The notes: generated from the letters alone by a model not told the origin. 64,000 nucleotides of DNA from Podarcis cretensis (GCA_951804945.1 OX638154.1:54064001-54128000); one strand, 5' to 3'; shown: positions 37,102 to 50,983, numbered from the stretch's first letter. A program made the numbers and translations.

Positions 37102-38805
37102 GGCCATGCCCTTTTGGCCACACAATCAATGAAGCTCACAGCCCTAACATAATAAAGATAATGGATTATTATTTGTAAGGAAGAGAGTTCTGTTGTTTGA
37201 GCTGTCACCTGCCTTCTTAAGGAATACAACCCAGAAACAGGCCTATTCTCAGTGTAGGCTCAAGGTCAGCATCCTAGGGCAGCTACTGTGCCCCACACCG
37301 TGCCGCCAGCACTGTCACCTTCCCCATGCCTTCTACATAGGGTAGTTGGCTCTGTGAGCCTCCATTTTACTTTCTCACTATAGCGAGAACGATGCTGCAT
37401 CTGGTGCTCTGGAACACTGCCAGGGTTGGGCTTTGGATTTAAATGGCAGTCTGGGGGTCCAAAGGCCTCCTCAAAGCTGGAGCTGGCCCTGCCTGTCCTT
37501 CATATGTTGTTTAGCAAACCTAGGCCCATTTTGCAGCTTTTTTTTTTTTTTTTTTGCAGAAGGAACTACTAAGGGAATTTTATAACCAGCAAATTCTCTT
37601 CCACAGAGTCAACTGTGCTACAGGCATGCGGCGTGTTCTCAATTCCCAATCCTCTGCTGTGTCGAATGTTTCCAAAACTCTTGCAGTAGGAACAAAGTGG
37701 GAACAGGACACAGCTGGGCTGGTCCGATCGTCCGCCAGCTGGGAAGGCATGAAAAGGGAGAGCTGGCAGGACTGTTTTTCACTCTGTTTCAGAGTCTGAC
37801 GTTCATAATGTGAGGAATGGTTCTCTTTCAAAGGACATGAAATGGAAATATTCCCCTTCTCTTGGATGTTTTGGAAAGTGGATTTCTGTTTGAAAAACAC
37901 CTTTTGGGGCAAAGAGGTTTTGCACCAAAATTCTTTGCCAGTTCCTGGAATTGCTAAAAAGCAGAAACAACTGGAGAAGGTCAGGAAATGAAAACAGCTC
38001 TGGGACAGCAGAACATTTCAACTTAAAAGCTGCCCGCTGATAGAAAGAAGCAGAACTTCACTTAGAAAATGTGGACTTGTGTAAATTCCATGAAAAAACA
38101 CGCAAAGTGGACCTGTGATTTAAAAGTGGGAAAGCAGCAGGAGGGAAGAGGGTAGGGTGGCCATGTGGCCTACTTTAGGGAAGGTAGCCCACTATTTGAA
38201 AGGCTGTCCAGTCCAAGTTTAAATGAACCATTACATGGGTCAGCAGGAAGGACCTTGAAATGCAGACTCAGCAGGCACACAGGTCAGCTGGTCACAGTCT
38301 TTCCCACTGCGGTGATATGTACTGCATTTATATTTCAAAGATAGCAATTACTTCTAAATTTGCACCTACCAGCATATGCAAATATAATGTAAACCAGTGT
38401 CCTCTTTTTACACTAACCTTTCCTCTCTCTCTCTCTCTTTTGGTAATGCATGTGACCACTCTAGAAGAGGATGCCAAAACCTAGGCCTGCCTGCACTCTC
38501 TCTACCCACAAAACTGCCTCACCCAAAGCTGCCTTTCTTCTGGCAGGCATTACTTTTGATCATAGAGCTTGACTGAAAGAAAAGCTTTCTGCGGAGGAGG
38601 GTTTTCTTTGCAGCAGAGGAAACTGGGAAGCAGGAGGGGAGGATTCAAAACTCACACCAACCTTTTATCCCCACGCAATTGACAATATGTCTACTGGTCT
38701 GCCACCATTTTATCTATGCTAGGCTCTTAACAGACTGGTAATCAATGCCCAAAGTATGCCAACATCTTTTGGGTTCCTTTTGTTTATGGTGGGAAACCAG
38801 TTAAG

Positions 38806-38807
<2 letters not shown>

Positions 38808-38845
<38 letters not shown>
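38808..38845. repeat. (CA)n microsatellite
   Basis: Read directly. Confidence 0.95.
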
Positions 38846-38847
<2 letters not shown>

Positions 38848-39539
38848 AGGCCATACACTGCTAAATTTCAGTCTGACCAAGTCATACTGGCCTGGAATCC
38901 ACATACAGATCCAGGTATTCACAATTTCAGGATGTATGTGGCCCATGTGGTCCCATGTGGGCCTCTCAAAGTGGGGGGGGGGGAATGTTTGTGGGAATGC
39001 AATTTAGCAAATGACAAGGAGATATAATTGCAGTTTTTTTTAATTAAACAAAAATTCTCATAGGACAAATGTGGTGGAGAGGTGTGCCTTTCTGTGGCTT
39101 AACGGTCAAGAAAAGCTCAAATGTGCATGCTTAAGTATGTCCCAATGCTGTGTGTGGCCTGTGGCTCCCTCCTTTTGGAAGCTCTGCTGTTGCAGCTGAT
39201 AGCCAATGCAGCATTTACTTGCTTATTGGGAAGCAACTGCTACTTGACTTGTCAACCGTCCTTCTCCCTTTGCTAAAGGAGGCTTACTGTGGGTTTATGT
39301 GTGCCACGGGTTCACAACCGCTGCTGACTGCTATCAGAAGTGGACTTCATGCTACAGAAGACTGGTGAGAAGAACCATGCAAGCTTTTGACTTTCATATA
39401 ACCTTTCTTCCTGGTCAAGGTATACTGCTTTCCCACTCCTACACTAACCCAAGTTAGAAAATGAAAGCGGGAAAAGAAACCCCAAACACACCCAAAATGT
39501 TTGATCTGATGTCTTAAGGTTTAAAACCCATGCTTGACG

Positions 39540-39672
39540 GCTAAATATGCCCGGTTGCTTCAGCCTTTCCTTGTATGTGTATTGGAAACTCTGTATCATT
39601 TTAGTTGCTCCCTACTGAATCCTTTCCAGTTTCCTTGCATTCTTAAAATATGCTGACCCAAACTGGCCACTT
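39540..39672 (-). mobile_element. old CR1 ORF2 fragment
   Basis: Reverse of the QFW.P..KKD..KLE..QRRATKM..YEERL.ELG.FSL coding segment seen intact at 571-710. Confidence 0.6.
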
Positions 39673-40029
39673 TCCAGCTAGCCAGTGCTGAGCCGAGGAC
39701 CAATTTTTACCTCCTGTGCCTTGAATCACATTATAGGCAAGTTCGTCCGAGAGGTGCTTCTGAGGAATAGGCTGACTAATCAGACAAATGACTGGGGGAT
39801 GTCATTTGCCCACTGATAATTTGCCCATTCTGCCAAATCAAATACAATTTTGACTCAGTAAGTTCTCTTGCAAGGATGATGTGTCATCAGAAGACTTTTG
39901 CTTCTTGTTGACAAATGCTAAAGTTTAATCTGTCTTGGATGGGTAGCGAGGGTGTATTATCGACAGAGCTTCTTCCTTAGGAATGTTGGAAATGTTTCAT
40001 TGTGGGTACTTTCTAACTCTTGAAGCAAG

Positions 40030-40555
40030 GGATGCGCTAAGACACTAAACCAAGCCATGGTGGTGTGCAGGCCTCAGGAAATGAGACTGAAGCCATTTTA
40101 GTCCTTCCTGTTCATTCTGCTGTTGCACTGTGCTAAGCCATGGTTTGGCTTAGCTCTTCAACTGAGCCTGGGTTTGTGGTTTTGCTCTCTCCAGACTAAT
40201 GACAACCTGTAATCAAGATTTGCCCTATGGTTTATGGCTTGTGGTTTATCCGGGAGAGCTACTTCACATGCCTGGGTTTGGATGGCACCCTAAGCCAACC
40301 TATGGCTTAGCTCAGGCTTCCTCAAACTTGGCCCTCTAGATGTTTTTGGCCTAAAACTCCCATGATCCCTAGCTAGCAGGATGAGTGGTCAGAGATGATG
40401 GGAACTGTAGTCTCAAAACATCTAGAGGGGCAAGTTTGAGGAAGCCTGGCTTAGCTCAACACAGAGCAGCATAGCAGCAGAACAACTGGGGAGCCTGCAC
40501 ATTCACATGTTCATGCTAAGGTCACAGTTTGGATTAGTATTACACGTAAGTCTGG
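40030..40555. repeat. old palindromic MITE-like element (aagccatggtttggcttagc motifs) hosting a nested MITE
   Basis: Repeated and inverted ctaagccatggtttggcttag / ctaagccaacctatggcttag motifs; boundaries approximate. Confidence 0.5.
40313..40448. mobile_element. hAT-type palindromic MITE with perfect 8-bp TSD
   Basis: caggcttcctcaaacttg..caagtttgaggaagcctg flanked by gcttagct at 40305-40312 and 40449-40456. Confidence 0.92.
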
Positions 40556-40724
40556 TTAGTATCGCATTTTCACAATGTGTTTCTGGATAACCATGGTTGA
40601 CAAGGGCCACAAGTCAATGGAGATGAATGAGTAAAGAAGAAACATGATACAAGTTAGTATTACATGCAAATTTAGTTAGTCTTGCATTTTAGAATATTAT
40701 TAGAATGTGGTCTTTCACACTTTA

Positions 40725-40885
40725 AGGCTGCAGTTCTAACCCCACTTACCTGGGAGTACATTTAATGGACTTACTTTTGAGTAATCATGGTTAGGATTGA
40801 TGCCTTTCAGGGGAGTAAGGCTGAAATGAATCACATTGGTCTCAGTGATGCTGACTTCTGAGTAGACATGTAAAGAATTGCACTA
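40725..40885. repeat. tandem pair of short palindromic repeats (cacttacctgggagta..acttacttctgagta family)
   Basis: The same motif recurs in degenerate form at ~36000-36060, ~42690-42865 and ~57310-57450; superfamily not determined. Confidence 0.55.
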
Positions 40886-43084
40886 TAAAATGCATGTATA
40901 AAATGCTAACCATAAGCATGTAAGTGACTCAATATATTTTTTTATTTGAGAATTGCACTGATCATTGCTATTTGTCTAAGGGAATTCTATCAGCTGTATC
41001 TTAATGTGAGCAGGATGACTGGACTAGCTTCTGTGTGGCCTATATCACTTTGGCATCCCTACATTCATTAGTCTAGTCTCCCATTTCCGCATTATTCTGT
41101 AACTCTTAAAAAATTCCACATGAAAATTTACATCTAAATACATATTTTTGAATATGGAGTCTCAAAAAATACGCATTTCTAAATGAACTTTTTCTAAAAA
41201 TATGCATTTGAATACTTTTTCAGGTACGAACTATACAACAGAAAATTCAGAGAAGTGTGAAATCTTAAGGATAATTATGTTTCAATCTGCACATTACTCT
41301 GGGAGCTGCAGATCAGGTCAGTTTTGTATCAGAATTCACATAAACTGCATTCTCCCGGGATCCCACTTAACAACACCCTTCATTCTGGCCAAATGTCCTA
41401 CTTTTCTATATATTCTTTTATGATTCTTACCCTTTAAAAAGTTTTTATTTTTAAATCTGATCATGTGCACCTCCACCTATGCACCCATTCATTGGTTCCA
41501 CTCCCCACTCCCACATTCTCAGCAAAGTTCTTGGCTAGTTCAGAACCTAATTTGCAGACTTGCTTCCCCACACCCCTGTGCAATTTACATCTCCCAACAA
41601 AAATGTGCAGTGTCAGTGGGGCATACACAGCTGGTGATATGCAAATCTACAAGAAGTAACAACCTGAGCCTTAAGCCCATTGTAGAAAATTAAAGAATAA
41701 CCCACTAAACATGAGAGGAGGAGGAGGATCACATGTGGATGGCAGAAATGCCAAACGATGGGTGAGAAAAGAGAACAGGAAAAACAGGTTAAGATCTGCA
41801 ACAATGGGGCATTGCTCTGTGTAAGGAGTTTTGGGGAAAGCATAATTTTGAGCTCCGAGAAAGATGACACAAAAGCACATTTGGATTTCTTTTAGCTAAC
41901 CATTTTTAGTGCAACCCCCGCTCCAGCATTGTTTTCTGTGCTTTGTTTTTCTTTTCTTACTCACAGCCAGCCATCAGACTATACCCCAAAGGTAAGGCAT
42001 GCTGCTTTAAAACACATCCCATTATCTGGTTTAATTTGTGGTCTAAGTAGTTGGACTGTTCTCGGGACAATGTTTCCTCCCTCTCCCTCTCTCTGGCTCC
42101 TCTGGAGTGTTCATTATTATGTGGCTGCATGAAAAGCAGGCAATGAGGTGGGAGGCAAGGTTACAATAGTGGACCTAGGACTCTACAGCTTGCTCATTAA
42201 GGACAGGCATTTACAACAGCACACGCAGAGCCTCCCTTCCAGAAACAGACACTTTCAAAGCAGTAAGAGATGAATGACAAGGCCTCTTGAGCAATATGCA
42301 CATCCAACAAAGGGGGCATCTTGAGCTCTGCAGGGAAAGCACTTTGTTCTTTGGAGAAGTGTTATAGAAATAACCATCATAATGTTTATCGATTGATTGT
42401 GTTTAGGATTTTTAAAAAACCTGCTCCATCCTAGTATCCACTAAAATGAAATCTGATACAAGATGAAAAGTACCCCACGCTGACTTAACTCCCTATCTCA
42501 GTCACTAGAAAGCGGGCCGTATTTACAGCACGTCTGAAAGATGCTCAGGTTTCGATACTGGTAAGATTTCGGAGGGGTTTTCGTTATGGTGGAGTAGCAA
42601 GCTTCTGTACGTGCAAATCTGGTGAAAGGGTGGTACTATCAAGACTCTTCATTGTTTTTTCCTCTCAACAGGGCTACTAATCTTAGAGGCTGTATTAGAG
42701 CAGTGCAAGTCTATACGTATCTATGCAAAAGTAATTCATTGTGCTCAATGGGGCTTGCTACCAAGCGAGTAGGAGCAAAATTGCAGCCTTATGGTCAGAC
42801 CTTATGTGTAAGTACTCACAAGCAAGTCCTGCAGAATTCAATGGGGCTTACTCTCAAGTAGACACACCTACTATCACAGACTTAGCAATGTTGAGGTTTT
42901 CAGTTACTAGCATGAAAGATACAACATCAGATTCCCTGGATGTGGACTTTGGTGCAACAAGAAAAATGATCCTTTGAGCTTATGCCTATTATGGCCACTC
43001 TCCATTTGTTCTCCAGCAAGCCAGGCATGGAGGGGGCACATGTGACAGGCTGGGGTGCCAAGGCCATGCCAGCAACAGGGACAA

Positions 43085-43338
43085 GGTCCAGTTCTCTGCT
43101 GATGTGGGAAATCCACTGCTACAGCATCTCTGATAGCCGGCCATCCAGCCTTAAAAAGCTGTAATGAAGGAAAGTCCACTACCTTCCAAAACTGCCTGTC
43201 CCACTGTTAAACAGCTTACACCATCAGAACGTTCCTCAAAAAGTTTAATCAGAATATTCTTTATTATAATTTGAGCCTATTGGTTTGGATCCTACCCTTT
43301 GGAGAAACAGAAACCAAAACTGCTTCCTCGTCCATGCA
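43085..43338 (-). mobile_element. CR1 3' fragment, degraded
   Basis: Reverse complement parallels 770-1010 (..gaggaacgttctgatggtgtaagctgtttaacagtggga..gtagtggactttccttcatt..aggctggatggcc). Confidence 0.75.
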
Positions 43339-44373
43339 TGATGACCAAGAGGGAGAGCAAGTTCAGATAGTGAATTCAGAACTCCTGATCCATAGACATT
43401 CTTGCTAGGCTAGCCATCAGACCGCACAATCTTGCAAAGGCAAAAAGCTTCGTGCGAACAGGCTTTGCTTTGATCTCATTAATTTATTTACATCATGCCC
43501 ATATATGAAGAGCAGCAACTTTTTTTTTTTAATGTGCAACCTTCCAAATGCTACACTTTAGTTCAGAGCCCAAAGCCACAAACCTTCTCCACAACCAGAA
43601 ATGATTCAATGGGGAAGGGTTCCCAGACAGCATCATTGTAAGGTCACTCTGCTTACTGACTTCAGGCTATTCAATACAAATAGCTTTTCCAAGTTTATCT
43701 AAGGCTCCATCTTCTGTGTATTCTTACCAAGCCTCTCATCTAGAAACATTCTACCCCCTCAAGAAAGAAATGTGAAAGATGTGAGGTGCTTGAAGCTGGA
43801 GAGAGAAGGGAGTGGGAAAAATCTTTCAATTAAGGCCTATTATCTTCCCAGAATGTTTGGAAGTATGCTTATTTTACCCATGGTTGGATAAGTGATTCCT
43901 ATGGCTTCAGGCACATTGTGAATTGCAGAAGATGACTGACAGAGACTGATAATTATAGTTAATGATGGCCTTAAAAGATATATATGTGTATATATATTTG
44001 TGTGTGTGGCTGGGTTGGGGGTTGGAGGGTATAATAAAATGAACTCATAATAATTACATACAGTAGAGTCAGAGAGGAAAAAAGTGGAATCTGGGAGAGT
44101 ACTGCAGAAAGCCTGGACACTGGGGAATACAACAACAAAAACAAGAAAACCAGCTAGACAACAAACGTGTTAGGCCAAAAGGCACTTTAATCATGGGAGA
44201 AGGGGATAATGACCACACGAGGAAGCTGATCTGCTCTGAGACTGAATTGGGTCTGTTCTGTTCAGCCTTCCTGGCTGAGCTGGTGTGAAGCTGGTTTTGG
44301 AGTGTGTGTGTTGAAGAACTCCTTCATCATAGTGTTGGGGGAGTTTAGCATTCACGCTGGGGCTTCCTGAGTC

Positions 44374-44720
44374 GTGGCAGTCATAGGGCTGTCTCAATAC
44401 ATAAAAGACTCAACTCATGTGGCAGGACATATTCTTGATCTGGTTTTTGCAACAAGGTTTAAAGGCAGTATCCCACTGGTGAGTCTGCTGTCCTGGACGA
44501 ACCATTTCCTGGTGAGGTTTGGTTTGATAATGGCAGTATGCCCTTGCAGGGGTGGGGAAGCTATTAAGATGGTCCATCTTTGGAGACTTATGGCAGTTTC
44601 CTGAATGCTCTCAGAGATTTTCTGACTGACATGGTTTCCACTCCTGTTGATGCTCTGGTCTCACTATGGAATAGGAATATGGAAAGGACTCTTAACAGTA
44701 TCACTCCTTGGGGCCTCTTC
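44374..44720 (+). mobile_element. L2 LINE ORF2 fragment (endonuclease C-terminal part)
   Basis: GLSQY...STHVAGHILDLVFAT..LSWTNHFLVRF..IKMVHLWRLM then FLNALRDF..PVDALVSLWN, characteristic of squamate L2 ORF2. Confidence 0.8.
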
Positions 44721-46119
44721 TGATTTTGTACTCTGGTATTCTTGGGAGCTGCAGGTAATGAAGCAAGAAGGATGATGGCTAGAGCACAGCTGGCATAAAT
44801 CTTAGGAGGAATTGGACCAAACTCCACCTTTTCTGGACAAGGATAGGCTGGCTACAGTTCTGCTCTCATATATAACTTCCAAGTGCTAAATTCTGTGAAA
44901 ATGTGTGCAAGTGCAGAATTTTAGAAGTTTTCACATGAATTATAGCAAGCATTGGGATCTCTGGCCATTGACTATGTTTACTGGGGCTGATGGAAGTTGT
45001 AGTTCAACCACATCTGGAGAGTCCAAGGTTCCCCCACACCTGAACTATATCAATATTTGGTGCTCATCATTCCAAGTAAAAGAGTGACACCCAACTCTAT
45101 TTAAGGGACTTGAAGAGAAGTCAAACAGATGAGTGTATCAATTTTGCATTTTTATCAGAACTCTTTGCTGGAACTCATAATCATCCTTTCCCCCATGTAA
45201 ATATTCTGAATTTGCCCTCCATTCGAAGAGGAGACTGCAGGATATACAGCCTTGCAGTGTATTCCCAAGGCAGGCCAACAAGAGCTGCTGTTGTAGTATT
45301 AGGCCCTGCAGAACTTTCAACAGCTAAAGGGTTAACTTTCAGTTAACACCATGGAAAAGGTTTCAAGTCCTTAAAGTGCAGGCCGATCCATAACCTTGTT
45401 CCTTGCTTTCCTCCTGAATCAACCCAATCCTATTTGACAGGAGGAATCTGTGAGAGTTAATGAAGCAGTGAAAGGCTAGGAGGATCTCAGAACAAAACTT
45501 CATCACAGCCAATCATGGAACAGATTATCCTTTGCCTGACTGCATTATGATGACATCACCCCATCGCCTCACTGCAAGCAGATCAGTCACTCATCCCTGT
45601 TATTTCCATTTCTAGGCAGTCCCTGGCTGGATTATTCATCGGCTATCTTTTTAATCTTGACTCTGGTTGAAATGAACATCTGAAATGTCTTTAGAAGTGT
45701 CACTCATCATAGAGATCAGGTCTCTCAAAAAGGTGTGACTTCATCCCTTTTGTAAAGGTCCAAAGCATCTGGAAACAAAATTCAGACTGGCATGTTCACA
45801 TGGGTCATTGCCTGCTAATCCAGAATGATTTTCTCATGATGGTCAAGGGGAACTGCTACAAAAAATATGAATGGGTAGCAGATGCAAACATCCCTGCTTG
45901 TTTTAGATCTGTTTTTGCTGAGCTGTGTTTTGTTTTAAAGAGGGGCATTGTGTTGGCCAAGATAGGCAACAACTTCTTCCTCTAAAAGTGGAAGAACCAC
46001 CTCAACATTCACATATTGGTTTTGCAAAAGTGACACTACATTACAGCAACATGAAACATCCTGCAAAAAGATTGCTTTCTATAGTTTTTTAGGGTTTGTT
46101 AGCTTGTGATCATTTGCCT

Positions 46120-46925
46120 CATCATTGCAGGTTATATGCTCAATCTGGTCTTCACTACAGAGTGGGCTGGGAGCCCTTCAAAAGGTGGGAATGGCCCCAT
46201 TGTTAAGGGCAGGTGGTCTGTTCATGGACAGCACCTGGTTAACTTTGGACTGGCTGTGGTTGAGTCCCCTGCAATTGTAGGAGACCCATTAAGATAGTCC
46301 ACCCTTGGAGACATATGGAACTCAAGGGATTCCTGAATACTCTGGGAGATGTTATGGCTGACTTGGTTGTCAATGCCCTTGTCTTGCTGTGGAACAGTGA
46401 GATGTGTAGTGCTATCAACATAATGATCCAGAAGACTCCTTGGCTTAAAGACATAATTGTGCCTACCATGTGGCAGTGGCAGCAGGCCTTGGTGAACCAT
46501 CCAGTGGTTGCTGTGTGGTGAATGGGCTGTTGAGATCTAGCCCTGGAGAGGAAAAGCAGGTTACATTAATTCTGGAGGTGGATACAGCTAATTACTTAGA
46601 GGTGCACCACAATGGATATGTGAAACATTTTGAAGGTAAAGTTGCTCCCATCTTTCCATACTGGATGCCACAACTGAAGTGTTTAGAACACCATCTGAAA
46701 TAGTTTTCGGGAACAGTTTCGGTTATTGTGGCCTGAGGGTGGTTGCAGTGGTTAGGCTGACCATCTGTTCTCTTGATGGTCACCCATCTTGGCTTGTGAC
46801 ATATAGCAGGAAGCGATTCACTAGATACGTCCAGGGAGTAGCATGTGGCTCATTATGGGAGAGAGTGATCCCCACTGCTTTCAAAGAAGTGTTGGTGTGG
46901 TACCTCCTGAAGAAGATCAGTGCCT
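46120..46925 (+). mobile_element. L2 LINE ORF2 fragment, heavily decayed
   Basis: AGYMLNLVFT..HLVNFGL..GFLNTLGD..VNALVLLWNSEM..HFEGKVA..PSWLV..SLWERVIPTAFKEVLVWYLLKK across frameshifts. Confidence 0.75.
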
Positions 46926-47290
46926 ACCTCTTCTGTGCCAACCATAACACAGCTGTGCATCCCAGAGACACGAGCTAAGAGCTGATTCATTTATGTATGT
47001 ATGTTACTAGATGACTGTTCCCATTGATAACTTGCAGCTGAATATATGAATGGCTTCCATTGAAAAATATCATCTTTGAGGTGTTATGAAAGTTCTGTGG
47101 TAACTGATCTGTGATGGCTGTTTCATACATACAAGGCATGACTATCTTATATTCACTGAACGATGAGAATGCATGTCTGAATTAACTCTTAGAACTGAAA
47201 TTTCAAGCATGAGTGGCTTACATATGAAGGAACACCTTACACAAATTTAATAACAAATGGGATGTGCTTTCTGGATTGCTTTGAGTACTA

Positions 47291-47647
47291 AAGGGGTGGG
47301 GAACATTTTTCAGCCTGAAGGCAACATTCCCTTCCAGAAAACCATTTTTTTTTGTGTGGGGGGGGGGGGCACAAAACCATGGTGGGTGGAGCCAGCAGTA
47401 AAATAAAGCAGAGCAACTGATGTTAGTTTTACCTTTGTACAGTAGGCTTGTTTCTACACAAAAATCATTTTCCCAGGCAAGCAAGAAGAATGATCAGAGC
47501 TCAAGGACACATTCTAACTCAAGTTACGTGCAAACAGGGCCAGTGAGGGGGTGTAGCTGAGGAAGGTTCCTTGGGAGACTCCCGAGGGCCAAATGTGGAG
47601 GTGTGGAGGGCTGCTTTGGGTCTCTGGGCCATGGGTTTCCCACCCTA
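47291..47647. mobile_element. hAT-type non-autonomous element
   Basis: Termini (a)aggggtggggaac / gtttcccacccta with subterminal gggcca motifs; TSD not evident. Confidence 0.55.
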
Positions 47648-50600
47648 CGAACTACATCAATATTGCCCCCAAACCAGCATGTTGTGAAATTATCATTTGA
47701 CTCCTTGATGCCATCCCATCCCATCCTCCCACCTATCTTGGTTATTAACTTCCTACTTGCATATTAGAAGTATTAATTTGATCTAATGATTTGTGATGCA
47801 TATTGTGAGTTAAAGTGGTAAGTTAGTTAAAGTCTCAAAATTAACAGGACATATTTGACACAACAATAGCACACAGCAAAGTTTATCAAAGTTATGAAGA
47901 AAATATGCAATTTAGGTATAAATTTGTAAGAGTTTGTCATCATCAGCAATTATTGATTGCTGATGCCTGTTTTTGTGCAGATATGTATTTGTAATAAATA
48001 CACCAAACACAGAAACCCAAAATAGTTTTACAGAAACAATTTCAGCAGCAAAGCTTTTCTTGTTTCTACATGACAAGCTATTGTTGCAAAATCTCCTGTT
48101 TCTACAATACTCTTAAAAGGTACAGGAATCCTTCCCTCCTTTGCATCTTGTCACCCAACTTTAAATTACTACTAGGAGAGCCTAGCATTTTCAGCTCCTG
48201 TCTTGCTTAATGTCCTAGTTTGACTCCCCAACAGGCTCTTTCAGCATAGTGCCAGCCCATGTGATGCACACCTCTCAGGGATTAAGCTCCTTTCCCAAAC
48301 CTGCATGTACCTTCGTTGCAACAAACCAGACCCTACTTGCCTAGTTGTGGACAGAGGGGAGGAAACCAACCTCTTCATAGCCCTTAATCAGCTGAGCTGG
48401 TCACAGCAGCAAATGTCCTTGCGGAGCTTGGGGAGCTGAATAATGAGACTTCCTTCCAAAGGGGAAATTAATCAATTTGCTTGAGGTCATACTTTGAGGC
48501 TGGTGGCAGAGGGGAGTCTAAATGCTACTCTTCCTCATCTACCCTCCATATCCAATGATTTGCTTCTAAGCTTTAGAAGCCTGAGCCTCACTCTGAAGAG
48601 CTGGTCTATCACTTCCATTTGTTACTGCAGTGACTGCCTTATTCCATCTGATCTAATGGTTTATCTATTTGGAGGCAGCAATAATTCTGTTGGAAGTTGC
48701 TGCACCCTCCCTGAAGAATTTTCCCAAAGGGAGCCACATGCAAAAAAACCCCTATGATACCCAACATTTGAAAATAGGCCCATTGCTTATTTTGGGGGGG
48801 GGGCATAGGGCAGAGCTCCTGTGCCTTTAACTGCCGCAAAAGTGTGTGCACTAGGAAAAACATGAGGGGTTGGATTTCACAATTCTTTGTCCTTACTTAA
48901 AGCAAAAGCAATATTCCAACATTCCATCGTAGTGCATTATTAAGTATATATTATCAGTAAAAGCATTTAGGGATGAACAGCAGGTTTACGATTCTAGTAA
49001 GTATTGCCTTAAGGTTATGTTTTCAGGAATTGGCTTTACAGTTAGTTCCTTGTTGAAATCTATTTTTAAGCTGTTTAGTCTGTCTTGGTTATTTTAACTT
49101 GCATGGGAGCAGAATTGTGCCTGGACTCTTGGTTGCACCAGACAATTCAGCTCTTGGCAAAACTGAGACTGGGATCTTAAGAACATTTAGTCTGGATAAA
49201 ATGTTACTGAACTGAATGGAGCTTAATAAGCATAATTTGGATTGGGCTGCCATTTTACATCAAGCTACCCTGGACAGAAGATGACTTTGCAAGGAGTTCT
49301 GTTTTGTCCCAGTAGTTCATCTCTTGCAAAGCTTACCTTAATTGCTCATACTTTGTTCAGGAAATTCGATGAACAAATACACATTTTGTAGAAGAAAAAA
49401 TGAATGAAAGTGCAATAAGATGGTAAGCCAGCATTAACAGAAACAGAGAGATTTTCTCCATCTGGAATATGAACCTAGTTTTCCATTAAGCAACCTTTAG
49501 GTGTCATTTTAGGTGGCTCCACTTTCCTGCTTGCAACCTGGCCCTTTGCATGTTCTTTAAAAATGGAAGTCAATTCTGTGTAAGGGAAGTCAATTCTGTG
49601 TTTTGATGTTCTGTTTCTTATGTGAAAATATCCTAGGCTAACACTATGCAGAGAGATACACGTGCCATTCATCAGAAAACTGGAGAAGGAGCACAGGGTT
49701 GGTGAGACATGTTAATAGCCCAGGAGACATTGCGGACGCCATCCCAGGTTTACGGAATGAAGTTGCATGGAGGAACCATTCCACAGCCCTATCCAAACAA
49801 ACCAACTTAAGGAAGAGGACAGGGATGGCCCACAATCTGACACAATCCCTGTGGCTTTCCTGTTTTACCTCAATTTTCATGCTATATAGGTGAGATGGAT
49901 TATCAAATATTGAGCAACCTTGTTCTCTCTACATCTGAAAATTAGGCTTCTTTTTAGAATAAATGTTTAAAGAAAATAGTTTGACAATGAGTTATCAGTA
50001 GTTTTACTTAGAAACTCAAATAATTGCCACATTAACCTATCACATAGCATAGTCAAGTATTCTGTGTTAAATACATGAACCCCCCAAACCAGCCACTCTC
50101 TCACACTATGAAGCAGTTATGTCTTTGATGTGTGACTTTTCCACTCTTACTCAGGATAGTTTTGTATGTACACTTATTGCGTATATATATTTTTGTATGT
50201 GTGATGTTCAATACATCCAGACAAATGTATATTTCAAGTAAATATATATTGTGATTTCTAATAGTGCACAAGACAGTAAAAGAAGAACTTTCAGGCTGCC
50301 CTGCTTGTCTTAAAAAAAAAAAAAAGAGTATTCTGAAACAGAGCTTGCTCCAATAGATGACCTTTTTAAACTTGGGATTTCTTGTATTTCACACAGTATG
50401 AATGACCTCAACATGAATACTATAGGATCCATCTTAGTAAAGATAACTAACTGGAACACTCTTCAAAAATATGGCCATGCTGCTTTCATATGCCAGCATC
50501 TGCCTCCCTGAACAGCTAAATTACAAGATTCTAATGATCCAGAGTCATTTAATTAGCAGGCGGGAAAACTATCCAGCCCTCCATTAAAAGCCTGGCTGTG

Positions 50601-50983
50601 CATCTCTGAGATACTACTGTGCTCCCAGAAGGTTCTTGGGTTCTTCTGCAGTTGCAAACGTGCTTCCTTTATTTTGTGGGGTTCTCCAAGAAGCATTAAG
50701 GATTAGTGTGGGGATTAGTGTGACTTTGTTAAGAAGAGATTGCATAAAAAGCAATCACCTCCTTGCTCTTAAAGGAAGAGAGGGAGGAAGGGAGGAAGAG
50801 CATCCTCGTAGAATGGCTTTGTTCATTCAGTTGAACTTGTCACTTCTTTTGTCTGAGATATTAACTCCAAGGACTTAGCTAGATTGGTAAAGAAAAAGTG
50901 TTTTATATGCATTGTATATGTATGAAAGCGCTGTCACTAGATGGTGCTGTGAAGTTCCATTTTTGCCAACATGATTTCTCATA

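Noticed and set aside
37540-37799. Plus-strand coding exon after a poly-T/gcag acceptor
   Set aside because: The poly-T is a simple homopolymer, there is no good donor, and the peptide is unrecognisable.
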